A stretch of 64,000 nucleotides of DNA from Bdellovibrionota bacterium (GCA_965207455.1 CBDBMJ010000001.1:64001-128000), one strand, 5' to 3'. Positions 1-9,001 are shown, counted from the stretch's first letter. The notes: a model not told the origin generated them from the letters alone. Numbers and translations are program-made.

Positions 1-62
1 TGTTTTTTTTCCAGCAGACCGGAGAAATGTTGGGGGCGGGCGCTTAGGCCCACTCCTTTAAT
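1..62 (-). CDS. Probable 5' end of an MNIO (DUF692/BufB-like) gene, truncated by the window edge
   Basis: Minus-strand frame directly after the stop of 71..409 reads IKGVGLSARPQHFSGLLEKK, resembling the DUF692 N-terminal G-[VI]-G-x-x-x-R-x-x-H motif. Context next to DUF2282 genes fits. No nearby ATG; GTG at 53..51 or ATT at 62..60 are possible starts. Confidence 0.55.
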   Translation of the reverse strand, partial: MKGVGLSARPQHFSGLLEKK

Positions 63-70
63 TACGTTTG

Positions 71-409
71 TTAGAATTCTTTCCCACCCTTCGAGGCAGC
101 CACAGAGCGATCTCGTATTTTCAGAACATAGTCTTTTACCGCGGTGTGTTTCAGGGCTGCCTTCACCGCATCGCAGTCTTTTTGGGTCATACGGAGCCAT
201 TTGTTGGGGGCAAAATCATTCCGAGCAACGGTGGCACAATTATGGCCATGCGATGCACAGTTATGACCGCTTGCACTGCAATCATTTACCCATTTCGTAG
301 ATACTCCATGACATTTTATTTTTTCTGCACTTGAGGCTTCTGCTAGAGGGGCAATTAATCCCACAGCAGCAATTCCTAAGATACTAGATATAATATTTTT
401 TTTATTCAT
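71..409 (-). CDS. DUF2282/BufA1-like secreted Cys-rich RiPP precursor (copy 3, five Cys)
   Basis: Signal peptide (..APLAEA) followed by KCHGV..NDC..GHNC..GHNC..W...C; AGGA RBS upstream. Confidence 0.8.
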   Translation of the reverse strand: MNKKNIISSILGIAAVGLIAPLAEASSAEKIKCHGVSTKWVNDCSASGHNCASHGHNCATVARNDFAPNKWLRMTQKDCDAVKAALKHTAVKDYVLKIRDRSVAASKGGKEF

Positions 410-459
410 TGTTGTTCCTCCATAGTTTTGTTTATGTTGTAGCTTATATCGATAAAGAT

Positions 460-491
460 AAAAAAAGGCTACAGTGTTTGTAGCCTTTTTT
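460..491 (-). terminator. Intrinsic terminator after the 516..836 precursor gene
   Basis: GGCTACA-gtgtt-TGTAGCC stem flanked by an A run and a T run. Confidence 0.75.
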
Positions 492-515
492 AATGTATTT
501 CATTTAACAGTTTTG

Positions 516-836
516 TTAAAATTCTTTTCCCTTACCAGAAGCAGTTACAGTGCCATCTCGTACGGTTAGAACATAGTTCTTTACCGCAGGGTTCATCAAG
601 GCATTTTGAACTGCGTTACAGTCGTTTTGAGTCATAAGTAGCCATTCGTTGGGGTCAAAGTCAGTTTGAGCAGCACCTGAGCACGCGTGCCCATTTGCGT
701 CACAGCCATTTACCCATTTTGTTGATACTCCCTTACACTTTACTTCTTCTGTACCTGAGGCTTCTGCTAGAGGGGCAGTTAATCCCGCAGCAGCAATTCC
801 TAGGATGGTAGATATAATTATACTTTTTTTGTTCAT
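516..836 (-). CDS. DUF2282/BufA1-like secreted Cys-rich RiPP precursor (copy 2)
   Basis: Signal peptide; KCKGV..NGC..GHACSG..DFDPNEW...C four-Cys pattern; AGGAG RBS; close paralogue of 71..409. Confidence 0.85.
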   Translation of the reverse strand: MNKKSIIISTILGIAAAGLTAPLAEASGTEEVKCKGVSTKWVNGCDANGHACSGAAQTDFDPNEWLLMTQNDCNAVQNALMNPAVKNYVLTVRDGTVTASGKGKEF

Positions 837-918
837 TGTTTGTTCTCCTGTTATGTTATGTTAAGTTTTCGTTTCTCTATCTTCATAGTCTATATAACAT
901 AGTACGGAGAAGGGCAAG

Positions 919-946
919 AAAAAAAAGGCTACAGAATTGTAGCCTT
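919..946 (-). terminator. Intrinsic terminator after the 954..1289 precursor gene
   Basis: GGCTACA-gaat-TGTAGCC stem followed by T8 on the minus strand; same stem as 460..491. Confidence 0.75.
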
Positions 947-953
947 GTCTTTG

Positions 954-1289
954 CTAGATTTTTTTAATATTCCTTTTAACGTGAACGATGGTTTTCTTTT
1001 GAACCGCCGTTACATAATCTTTTACATGGCCATTAGTCAACGCTGATTGAATACTCTTGCATGCCGCTTTATTATAAGCATACATCCACTCCATCGGGTC
1101 AAAATTTTTCTTCGCCTTTCCTGCACACTGATGACCGCGCGCAGCACAGTCGTTTCCTCCTTTTACAGCAATACCTTCACAACGGTATTTGCCCGTTTTT
1201 GCTTTTGCTATTGCGTCTGAGGAAGTGGCGCAACCAGTTGCGATAATTCCTGCTAACGCAGATACTATAATCATGTTTGTCTGCTTCAT
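954..1289 (-). CDS. DUF2282/BufA1-like precursor (copy 1), possible lipoprotein
   Basis: RCEGIAVKGGNDCAARGHQCAGKAKKNFDPMEW..C fits the DUF2282 pattern; hydrophobic N-terminus ends IATGC; AGGAG RBS. Confidence 0.85.
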   Translation of the reverse strand: MKQTNMIIVSALAGIIATGCATSSDAIAKAKTGKYRCEGIAVKGGNDCAARGHQCAGKAKKNFDPMEWMYAYNKAACKSIQSALTNGHVKDYVTAVQKKTIVHVKRNIKKI

Positions 1290-1301
1290 ATTTTTTTTCT
1301 C

Positions 1302-1982
1302 CTATTTCTTTTGTTTTTGTTTATTTTTTTTGTAGGGCTCAAAGAGCAAACTAATTGTTAGTGTCACTTCGTTACCTACAAATCTTCCGGCTATTTTTTT
1401 TGTTATGCTAGTGCCCTCTTTTTGCCAGTTCAGACCAAACGTACGCCGGTCGATCTTTCCAGTGGCCTCTACTCCAAGAACCTTTTTTTTGTTTTTTACT
1501 TTGGTTTTTGTTTTTACTTTTAGAGTTACTTGTCGTTTGGTTTTTAAAATCTTTAACTCTCCTTTGATTGTGGGAGAGTTGCGTTTATAAGAGGAAGCGC
1601 GAAACTCTATATAACGGTTCTTTGGAATAATATCGTACACATCATCTCGAACATGAAAGAAATCTTCACCCCTGAGATGGGCGTCCCTGTCCTTTTCATT
1701 AGTGTCGATTTTGTCCACATCTATTTTGATATAGATATCTTTTATCTCATTTTTTGTAAGAGTTGCGGTTCCTTCAAATACTTTAAATCTTCCTGTCACA
1801 GGCACGAGTCCCAGGTGCTTCACACTAAATGTAACGGAAGAATGGGCTTGGTCTACTTTTAGTGGCGTGCTGGAAATGGCAAAGCTCGTAGCAAAATGGG
1901 GCATAACAACGACGGCTGCATAGAGAGCAATGGTAAGAGCAATGGATATTCCTATTATTTTGCTTATTGAGAATGTTTTCAT
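1302..1982 (-). CDS. YceI family protein
   Basis: VDQAHSSVTFSVKHLG, GRF, IDTNEKDRDAHLRGEDFF and IDRRTFGL motifs. Confidence 0.92.
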   Translation of the reverse strand: MKTFSISKIIGISIALTIALYAAVVVMPHFATSFAISSTPLKVDQAHSSVTFSVKHLGLVPVTGRFKVFEGTATLTKNEIKDIYIKIDVDKIDTNEKDRDAHLRGEDFFHVRDDVYDIIPKNRYIEFRASSYKRNSPTIKGELKILKTKRQVTLKVKTKTKVKNKKKVLGVEATGKIDRRTFGLNWQKEGTSITKKIAGRFVGNEVTLTISLLFEPYKKNKQKQKK

Positions 1983-2004
1983 AATAATCTCCTAGGGTAT
2001 GTGT

Positions 2005-2397
2005 TTATAGATTGTCTCCAATCAGTGGCAATTGCTTTCTGCGAATCCAAACAATGGGTAGGCAAGAGGCAAGCACAATAATCAAGAGGATGATATGTTT
2101 GCCGTTGTCTCCCTGTATGTCTATTCCCAGGGTAGTGGCATGGGCTAAAATTGCTCCACACATTACGCCGATACTGAGGAAGGCACCAGTGGCAGAAAAA
2201 ATTTCAGTCATAAGGAGTAGACCGGACAGAACCTCCAACGCTCCAATGATATAACGACCAGAGGGTTCCATCTCCAGTGTGGAAAAGATATAAAGGTCTG
2301 TGGGGTTGTCGCCAAATTTCCAAAAACCCACGGGTAGGAGAATTGCGGCAGCCATAATTTGTAGGCACCAAGCGAGTATTTTTTTCTTTTTATCCAT
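2005..2397 (-). CDS. DoxX family membrane protein
   Basis: Four hydrophobic segments; IGALEVLSGLLL and GAILAH motifs. Confidence 0.85.
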   Translation of the reverse strand: MDKKKKILAWCLQIMAAAILLPVGFWKFGDNPTDLYIFSTLEMEPSGRYIIGALEVLSGLLLMTEIFSATGAFLSIGVMCGAILAHATTLGIDIQGDNGKHIILLIIVLASCLPIVWIRRKQLPLIGDNL

Positions 2398-2429
2398 CTG
2401 TATTTCTCAAAGCTGTATCATATCATATA

Positions 2430-3929
2430 TTAGTAATATTGAGGTATGTAAAGGTTATCTTTATTTAATTCACGGTGACTATATTTTCCCATGGAAACAA
2501 GCATTTCTTCATGCTCATGGCAAAGATTGTGCACATAGTTTGCTACCTGACTTGATTTATTTTCTATAGCTAAACCTTTGTACAAACGGGGATCGTGGGT
2601 GGTGATTCCCACGGGGCAAGTATTGGAATTGCATTGCAGTGCTTGAATGCATCCCAGGGACAACATAAATCCTCTGGCAGAATAGATGGCATGGGCGCCA
2701 AAGGACATGGCCATGATCTGTCTTCCCACGTTGATAAGTTTTCCTGCAGCTACCAGTTTTAGCTTGTCCCTTAGTCCTATTTCCTCTAGTAGTTTGCGCA
2801 CCTCAGGAAGTGCTTTAAAAATAGGTATTCCAACGTCGTCCATAAATGCTTTGGGTGCGGCTCCAGTGCCGCCCTCAGCACCGTCAATGGAAATATAATC
2901 CGGGTGTACGTTTTGCTTTTTCATTTCTTTTAACAAATCGGATAATTCCTCCGGTCTACCGAGACATAATTTCATCCCAACGGGTAGAGCAGAAACCTCT
3001 TGCACTCTTCGTATAAATTGCACTGTTTTACTGGGAGAGCTGCACTCCATATGACCGGGAGGGGAAACAACATCTTGATCCATGGGTACTCCTCGTAGCT
3101 GGGAAATTTCCTCCGTAATTTTTTCTTTAGGAAGGAGGCCACCTTTTCCGGGCTTTGCTCCCTGGGACATTTTAATCTCAATCATTTTCACTTGATCTAG
3201 GTCAGCGATTTCTTCCAATTTTTTATCGTTTAGGCTAGCATCCTCATTACGCACACCAAATTTAGCGGTGCCCATTTGGAAGATAAGTTTACAATCCTCC
3301 TCGATATGGTGTTTGGGATAGCCACCCTCTCCAGTGTTCATGGGTATGTCGGCTTTTTTTGCTCCTCTGGCTAAGCTTCGAACAGCAGGAATGCTTAGAG
3401 CTCCATAGCTCATAGCACTTATCATCATGGGTTTTGTAATGGTAAACGCAGAACTGATGCCACGCTCTTCGCCGAAGATTACGGAAAAAGGCTTGAATTT
3501 GGATTTGTCCACTGGATACATGGAGTGGCGAAGTTTTACTTCATCGTTATTAAAATTATATAACGATCCAAATGCGGCAGAGGAGTCCACGTTTTTTGAT
3601 TTCCGGTATACCTCGGCTCTTTCCACTCGATTAAAGGGGCGTTCCTCCGTATCACTCATATAAAGGTATTGACGGAACTCTGGTCCAATACTTTCAATGA
3701 TATAGCGAAGCTGGGCAACAAAACCGAAGTTACTCAAAAGGGTATGTTCTTTTTGAATATGGAGGAAATAGATATTGATGAGTGTGAGAAGAAAAAATGC
3801 GACAGTTAGGAAATGAAAATAAAAGGAAACATAGGTTCCCATCATTATGAAGATTACCAGTGCAATATACAGGGATTTGTTTGCTATTTGAGAAATTTTT
3901 TCTAAATTTACGGTGATTTTTGCTGACAT
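2430..3929 (-). CDS. FMN-binding glutamate synthase family protein
   Basis: ISAMSYGALS, NTGEGG, EIKMSQGAKPGKGG, DGAEGGTGAAP and the Cys cluster CIQALQCNSNTCPVG. Confidence 0.93.
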   Translation of the reverse strand: MSAKITVNLEKISQIANKSLYIALVIFIMMGTYVSFYFHFLTVAFFLLTLINIYFLHIQKEHTLLSNFGFVAQLRYIIESIGPEFRQYLYMSDTEERPFNRVERAEVYRKSKNVDSSAAFGSLYNFNNDEVKLRHSMYPVDKSKFKPFSVIFGEERGISSAFTITKPMMISAMSYGALSIPAVRSLARGAKKADIPMNTGEGGYPKHHIEEDCKLIFQMGTAKFGVRNEDASLNDKKLEEIADLDQVKMIEIKMSQGAKPGKGGLLPKEKITEEISQLRGVPMDQDVVSPPGHMECSSPSKTVQFIRRVQEVSALPVGMKLCLGRPEELSDLLKEMKKQNVHPDYISIDGAEGGTGAAPKAFMDDVGIPIFKALPEVRKLLEEIGLRDKLKLVAAGKLINVGRQIMAMSFGAHAIYSARGFMLSLGCIQALQCNSNTCPVGITTHDPRLYKGLAIENKSSQVANYVHNLCHEHEEMLVSMGKYSHRELNKDNLYIPQYY

Positions 3930-3934
3930 ATTTT

Positions 3935-5332
3935 TTATCTCTTTAGGTGGGGGGATTGAATGACGGTCATTTTCTCTAAACTCATATCTTTAATGGACTC
4001 TCCGATGCCTCCTAGGCCTAAACCGGATTGTTTGTAGCCACCAAAAGGCATCCAGTCTGTACGGAAGGCACTGTGATCATTTACCATGGTGGCTAAGCCC
4101 TCCAATTCCTGGGAAGCCCAAAGAGCGGCGTCCAGGTTTTGGGTAAATACACTGGCTTGGAATGCATACTCCACATTATTCGCTCTATGAACCGCATCTT
4201 GAAAATTTTTAAAACTCTGAACTAAAACAACGGGGCCGAAAACTTCTTTCTTAGCAATAGTAGCCTCTTCCGGAGTATCCACAAGAATGGTTGGAGCAAA
4301 AACAGTATTGGATATTTTCTTACCACCCAGTACGGCTTTAGCGCCCATGGAAATGGCTTCTTTTACCCAAGCCTCCACTCTGTCCACCTCCCGGGGCAGG
4401 ATTAAGGGACCCACGTCCGTATCTTTTTTCAAAGGATCTCCCACATTCAATTCGGAACTTAGTTTTATGAAACCATCGAGAAAAGAATTTAGAATAGATT
4501 CGTGTACAAAAACTCGTTGCACGGATACACAAACTTGCCCAGCATGGTAGAAACCACCTTTAACTAAAAGAGGAAGGCAGGAGGCAAGATCGGCCGTTTC
4601 ATCTACGATAGTTGGAGCAGATCCGCCGTGTTCAAGAGCACACTTGGCTCCGTCAGGTAGTTTCGATCGTAAGAACCAACCCACTTTGCTGGAACCAATA
4701 AAACTTAAAAAACTGTTATGGGGATGGGTTACTAGTTTTTCCGCAACTTCATTGTCACAAACCACACTATGGCAATAGTCCTTATCTAGCCCAGCCTCAT
4801 ACAGGTAATTTACAATAGATTTACAGGAAAGAGGAGTGGTTAGGGCTGGCTTAATAATTACTGGGCACCCTGCTGCTATTCCAGGAATTACCTGATGGAT
4901 AATTAAATTAAAAGGATGGTTGAAAGCACTAATGGCCACCACCATTCCTCTAGGTCGATGATGGGTGTAGGCTATGCGCCCTTGAGAGGATGGAGTAATA
5001 TTCATGGGCACCTCCCTTCCTGAGAGGGCTTTTATTTCATCTATGGCAACACCCACACCGTTAATACCTCTTTCCACTTCCACCATAGAATCTTTATAAG
5101 GCTTGCCACCCTCTAAGATAGCTTGCTCCACAAGGGAAGGCTTATTATTTATAAGAATGGTTTTAAATTTTTCTAGGATTTCTATCCGTTCCACTTTAGG
5201 AAGCCATTTCTTTTTATTGTCCACAATATTTTGTGCACGCTCAATGTACTGAAGAAGGGTATCCTCAGAGACAAACTCTTCCTCTTTTATGGTTTCCAGA
5301 TTAAAGGGATTTTCTATTGATAATTTTTCCAA
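3935..5332 (-). CDS. Aldehyde dehydrogenase family protein
   Basis: AFNHP, FIGS, LEHGG, GQVCVS (catalytic Cys), EVFGP and PFGGYKQSG. Confidence 0.95.
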   Translation of the reverse strand: MEKLSIENPFNLETIKEEEFVSEDTLLQYIERAQNIVDNKKKWLPKVERIEILEKFKTILINNKPSLVEQAILEGGKPYKDSMVEVERGINGVGVAIDEIKALSGREVPMNITPSSQGRIAYTHHRPRGMVVAISAFNHPFNLIIHQVIPGIAAGCPVIIKPALTTPLSCKSIVNYLYEAGLDKDYCHSVVCDNEVAEKLVTHPHNSFLSFIGSSKVGWFLRSKLPDGAKCALEHGGSAPTIVDETADLASCLPLLVKGGFYHAGQVCVSVQRVFVHESILNSFLDGFIKLSSELNVGDPLKKDTDVGPLILPREVDRVEAWVKEAISMGAKAVLGGKKISNTVFAPTILVDTPEEATIAKKEVFGPVVLVQSFKNFQDAVHRANNVEYAFQASVFTQNLDAALWASQELEGLATMVNDHSAFRTDWMPFGGYKQSGLGLGGIGESIKDMSLEKMTVIQSPHLKR

Positions 5333-5352
5333 GTCAGAATCCTTGCATTTAC

Positions 5353-6996
5353 TTAGACCAAGCAGGTTTTATTTTTTAACTCCTCTAAGAATACTTTTTC
5401 ATTCTCAGAATAGTCAATAGGAACTTCAATCAAATGCACTCCCCCATCATTTAAACATTTTTTTAGTGTGGGCGTTAATTCGCCAGGGGCGGATATGCGG
5501 TGCCCTTTTGCGCCATAGCTTTCTGCATACAGGACAAAATCTGGGTTTCCAAAGTCTAAACCAAAATCTTCAAAGTCCATTCCCAGTTGTTTCCATTTGA
5601 TCATTCCGTACGCGTTATCTCTTAGGACTAAAACAACAATATTTAGACCAAGGCGCACCGCTGTTTCCATTTCCTGAGAATTCATCATAAATCCCCCATC
5701 ACCACAAATAGCCACCACCTCTTTTTTGGGATTACAAATTTTTACTCCCATGGCCACAGGCAGGCCAGCGCCCATTGTGGCAAGGGCATTATCTAGGAGA
5801 AGAGTATTGGGTTCGTGAGCGTTATAATTTCTTGCAAACCAGATCTTATACATCCCATTGTCTAGGGATAGAAAACCATCTGAGGCAACGGCTGCGCGCA
5901 CGTCTGCAACCAATCGCTGAGGTACGAGGGGAAACCCAGTGTGGTCGCTTTTTTCTTGAATATTCCCATCCACCTCTACTTTCACACGTTTAAAGTAGGA
6001 AAAATCCCAGTTCTTAGAAGTGGAGATGGTATTTCTTAGGCAAGACATGCTATGAAAAATATCTCCCACAATTTCATGTTGGGGGAAATAAACGTCGTCA
6101 ATTTCTGCGGAGAAAAAGGAAACATGGATAACTTTCTTTGCATTTCGTTCCATAAAAAATGGAGGTTTCTCCACCACATCGTGTCCGATATTGAGAATGA
6201 GGTCTGCCCGGGCCACGGCACAGTGTAAGTAGTCATGGTCGGAAAAAGCAGCGGTACCCAGGTAATTGGGATGCCTTTCATCCATTACACCTTTGCCCAT
6301 CTGTGTGCAGAAAAAATACATTCCTGTTTTTTCGATAAATTCCCCGATTATTTTACGAACACGTCCACAACGATTGGCTCCTGATGCCACCAATAAAAGG
6401 GGCATCTTAGCCTCACCAAGCATTTGAATTGCAGTGGCAATATCCGTCTCGGGTGCTTGCTCTCTGGAAACGGATGTTATGGGGAAGGGTTCTTGATCCA
6501 CTGTTTCTCTTGCAATGTCTTCAGGGAGTTCCAAGTGCACAGGCCCAGGTTTCTCACGCTGTGCGATTCGAAAACAATTTCGCACTAGAGAAGGAATTGT
6601 ATTTCCGTTTACAATTTGTCGAGTAAATTTTGTGACTGGCTTCATCATTTCCACAATATCGATGATTTGGAAGCGACCCTGCTTGCTTCTTTTAATGGGT
6701 TTTTGTCCTGTGATAAATAAAAGAGGCATTCCCCCCAACTGGGCATAAGAGGCACAGGTCATAAAATTTGTAGCTCCAGGACCTAGTGTGGCCATTGCTA
6801 CTCCCGCCTTTCCTGTGAGTCGTCCATAGGCTGCTGCCATAAAGCCAGCCCCTTGCTCATGGCGAGTAAGGATTAATTTTATGGAAGAACTCTTTAGGCT
6901 GTTTAGCATGTCCAGATTCTCCTCTCCGGGGATTCCAAATATATATTCCACGCCCTCATCCTCTAGGCACTTTATGAATAGATCGCTTGCTTTCAT
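5353..6996 (-). CDS. Acetolactate synthase large subunit-like ThDP enzyme
   Basis: MKASDLF start, FGIPGEE, RHEQGA, LGPGATN and the GDGGF..N ThDP motif. Confidence 0.93.
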   Translation of the reverse strand: MKASDLFIKCLEDEGVEYIFGIPGEENLDMLNSLKSSSIKLILTRHEQGAGFMAAAYGRLTGKAGVAMATLGPGATNFMTCASYAQLGGMPLLFITGQKPIKRSKQGRFQIIDIVEMMKPVTKFTRQIVNGNTIPSLVRNCFRIAQREKPGPVHLELPEDIARETVDQEPFPITSVSREQAPETDIATAIQMLGEAKMPLLLVASGANRCGRVRKIIGEFIEKTGMYFFCTQMGKGVMDERHPNYLGTAAFSDHDYLHCAVARADLILNIGHDVVEKPPFFMERNAKKVIHVSFFSAEIDDVYFPQHEIVGDIFHSMSCLRNTISTSKNWDFSYFKRVKVEVDGNIQEKSDHTGFPLVPQRLVADVRAAVASDGFLSLDNGMYKIWFARNYNAHEPNTLLLDNALATMGAGLPVAMGVKICNPKKEVVAICGDGGFMMNSQEMETAVRLGLNIVVLVLRDNAYGMIKWKQLGMDFEDFGLDFGNPDFVLYAESYGAKGHRISAPGELTPTLKKCLNDGGVHLIEVPIDYSENEKVFLEELKNKTCLV

Positions 6997-7450
6997 TTTT
7001 ATTTCCTTCCGTTTCTTAATCCTAAACAATAAATGAAAAATATCCAGATATTAAATAAAAAAATCCCTTTCAATTTGCCCTTCTCTCTCGGAAGAAAGAA
7101 AGGAACCTTGCGGTATAAAGAGCATGTTGAGGTTTGAGACCTTTAATAGATACACGGTAAACAGTCAAAGCCTCACGGGCAGTTGATTTATTTTTCCATG
7201 TTTAGAAAACAAAAAACATGCCAAAAAAATACACAGCAAAAATATGCAGAAAAAAACACACAGTAAAACATACACAGAAAAAAAACATACATAGAAAAAA
7301 CACACGAACACGTGCGTCCACACACGCCCCGGCAGAGAAAAAAAAACGGGTAGTATTTTCATTTGATACTTAGTGCAGTTTTCGTTTACTATTATTAAAT
7401 ATATTTTGTTTTTCTAAATTTTTATCCGTTACATGAATAGGAGAGTGTCC

Positions 7451-8992
7451 ATGACCCAGTTGTTGAGTAAGGAAGTAAGCCATGATTTAAGTGATAGAAT
7501 TAAAGTTCTTCTTATTGGTGGCCATGAGATGGATTATATAAAAGTTCACCATGATTTTTCTATGGCAGTGAAGAGAAAATATGAGATAAGTTGGGAGAAA
7601 AAATATAATAATGCTTTAGGTATGGTTAATAAAAATCAGTATCACATATATTTACTTGGCTATGATCAAAAAATAGAACAAGCCTGGGATTTCATTAATC
7701 GGATAGAGAGTATTGGAAGCAAGGGGCCTGTTATCCTTATTGGAAATTCCAGTAAACCAAAAAATATTCATGAAACTTTGCGTTTGGGAGCCAGTGACTA
7801 CTTGGATAAGAAAACAATGAATACAGCATTGGTGGAAAATGTTGTGCTATATTCCCTAGAAAGAAAGAAGAGGGAAGAACAGGTTTTAGAACAACAAAAG
7901 CAGTTTACAGGAGCCGTTAAAATGTTTTCTCTTGGAAAAATGGCTCTTAACATTGCCCATGAAATTAATAATCCCTTAACTGTATTGATAATGAGGCTAG
8001 AGGAAATGCGCCAAAAATTGGTGCGGAAGGTTCCGGACTTGGCAGGAGCGTTAATCTGTGTGGATAAGCTAGAAGCCATGGCAAATAAAATCGAAGATAT
8101 TGTGGGCAAGATAAAATATAGTTCCAGAGATGGCTCAGATGATCCGTTTGAAAAAGTATATATTAAAGATATATTTTCTTATGTGCATGAAATGTGTGAG
8201 CCGAGATTTAAGGTTCTTGATATTAAATTTACACTGGATTCCGTTGAAGATGATTGTGTTTGTGAGTGCAGGCCCACAGAAATTTCTCAAGTACTCTTGA
8301 ATCTTATACATAATTCTTGCGACGCCATTAAAGATCAATCTGAAAAATATATTCAAGTGGAGTTAAAAGATTTAGGAAAAATGCTGCAAATATCTGTGCG
8401 AGATAGTGGAACAGGTGTACCTAAAAATATTATGAAAAAAATAATGAATCCATTTTTCACCACAAAGAAAATGGGTGAAGGTACGGGCTTGGGTTTGAGT
8501 ATTTGCCGGGAAATAGTGCGGAGTCATGGTGGCACTCTTGATTTAGAAGATAAATGTAAAAACACTTGTTTTTCCATCAACATACCCAAGAAACAGGAGA
8601 CAAAAGAAGATAAAAAAATGTATAAAGTGGTTGTGGTGGACGATGAACCAGAAATTCGCACAATGGTGGCAGAGCGATTTCAAGATAATGGATTTAGTGT
8701 GTTTAGTGCTGGTGATGGGTTGGAGGCATTTGAAGTGGTCCAAGCAAATGGAATAGACCTAGTGATAACGGATTATAAAATGCCCAAAGGGAATGGAGCT
8801 GAGCTTGTATCTCGTTTAAAGAAACTTGGTAGAGATAATCAACCTCAGGTTTTAATGATGACAGCTTTTTATGGTAAGGAACTCCATGCCATAGAAGGAG
8901 AAAGTGTTACGATTTTTCGCAAGCCATTTAATATGGATGATCTTGTTGATACGGCAAAAGATTTTAGGAGCAAGTTATACGCATTGAAATAA
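7451..8992 (+). CDS. Hybrid histidine kinase (degenerate REC - HisKA - HATPase - REC)
   Basis: AHEINNPL H-box, NLIHNS N-box, DSGTG, FFTTK, GTGLGLS; C-terminal VVDDE/ITDYKMP/KPF receiver. Confidence 0.92.
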   Translation: MTQLLSKEVSHDLSDRIKVLLIGGHEMDYIKVHHDFSMAVKRKYEISWEKKYNNALGMVNKNQYHIYLLGYDQKIEQAWDFINRIESIGSKGPVILIGNSSKPKNIHETLRLGASDYLDKKTMNTALVENVVLYSLERKKREEQVLEQQKQFTGAVKMFSLGKMALNIAHEINNPLTVLIMRLEEMRQKLVRKVPDLAGALICVDKLEAMANKIEDIVGKIKYSSRDGSDDPFEKVYIKDIFSYVHEMCEPRFKVLDIKFTLDSVEDDCVCECRPTEISQVLLNLIHNSCDAIKDQSEKYIQVELKDLGKMLQISVRDSGTGVPKNIMKKIMNPFFTTKKMGEGTGLGLSICREIVRSHGGTLDLEDKCKNTCFSINIPKKQETKEDKKMYKVVVVDDEPEIRTMVAERFQDNGFSVFSAGDGLEAFEVVQANGIDLVITDYKMPKGNGAELVSRLKKLGRDNQPQVLMMTAFYGKELHAIEGESVTIFRKPFNMDDLVDTAKDFRSKLYALK

Positions 8993-9001
8993 GGCTGGCT
9001 G

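Noticed and set aside
7165..7362. Hydrophobic 65-aa ORF
   Set aside because: It is simply the translation of the low-complexity A-tract repeat
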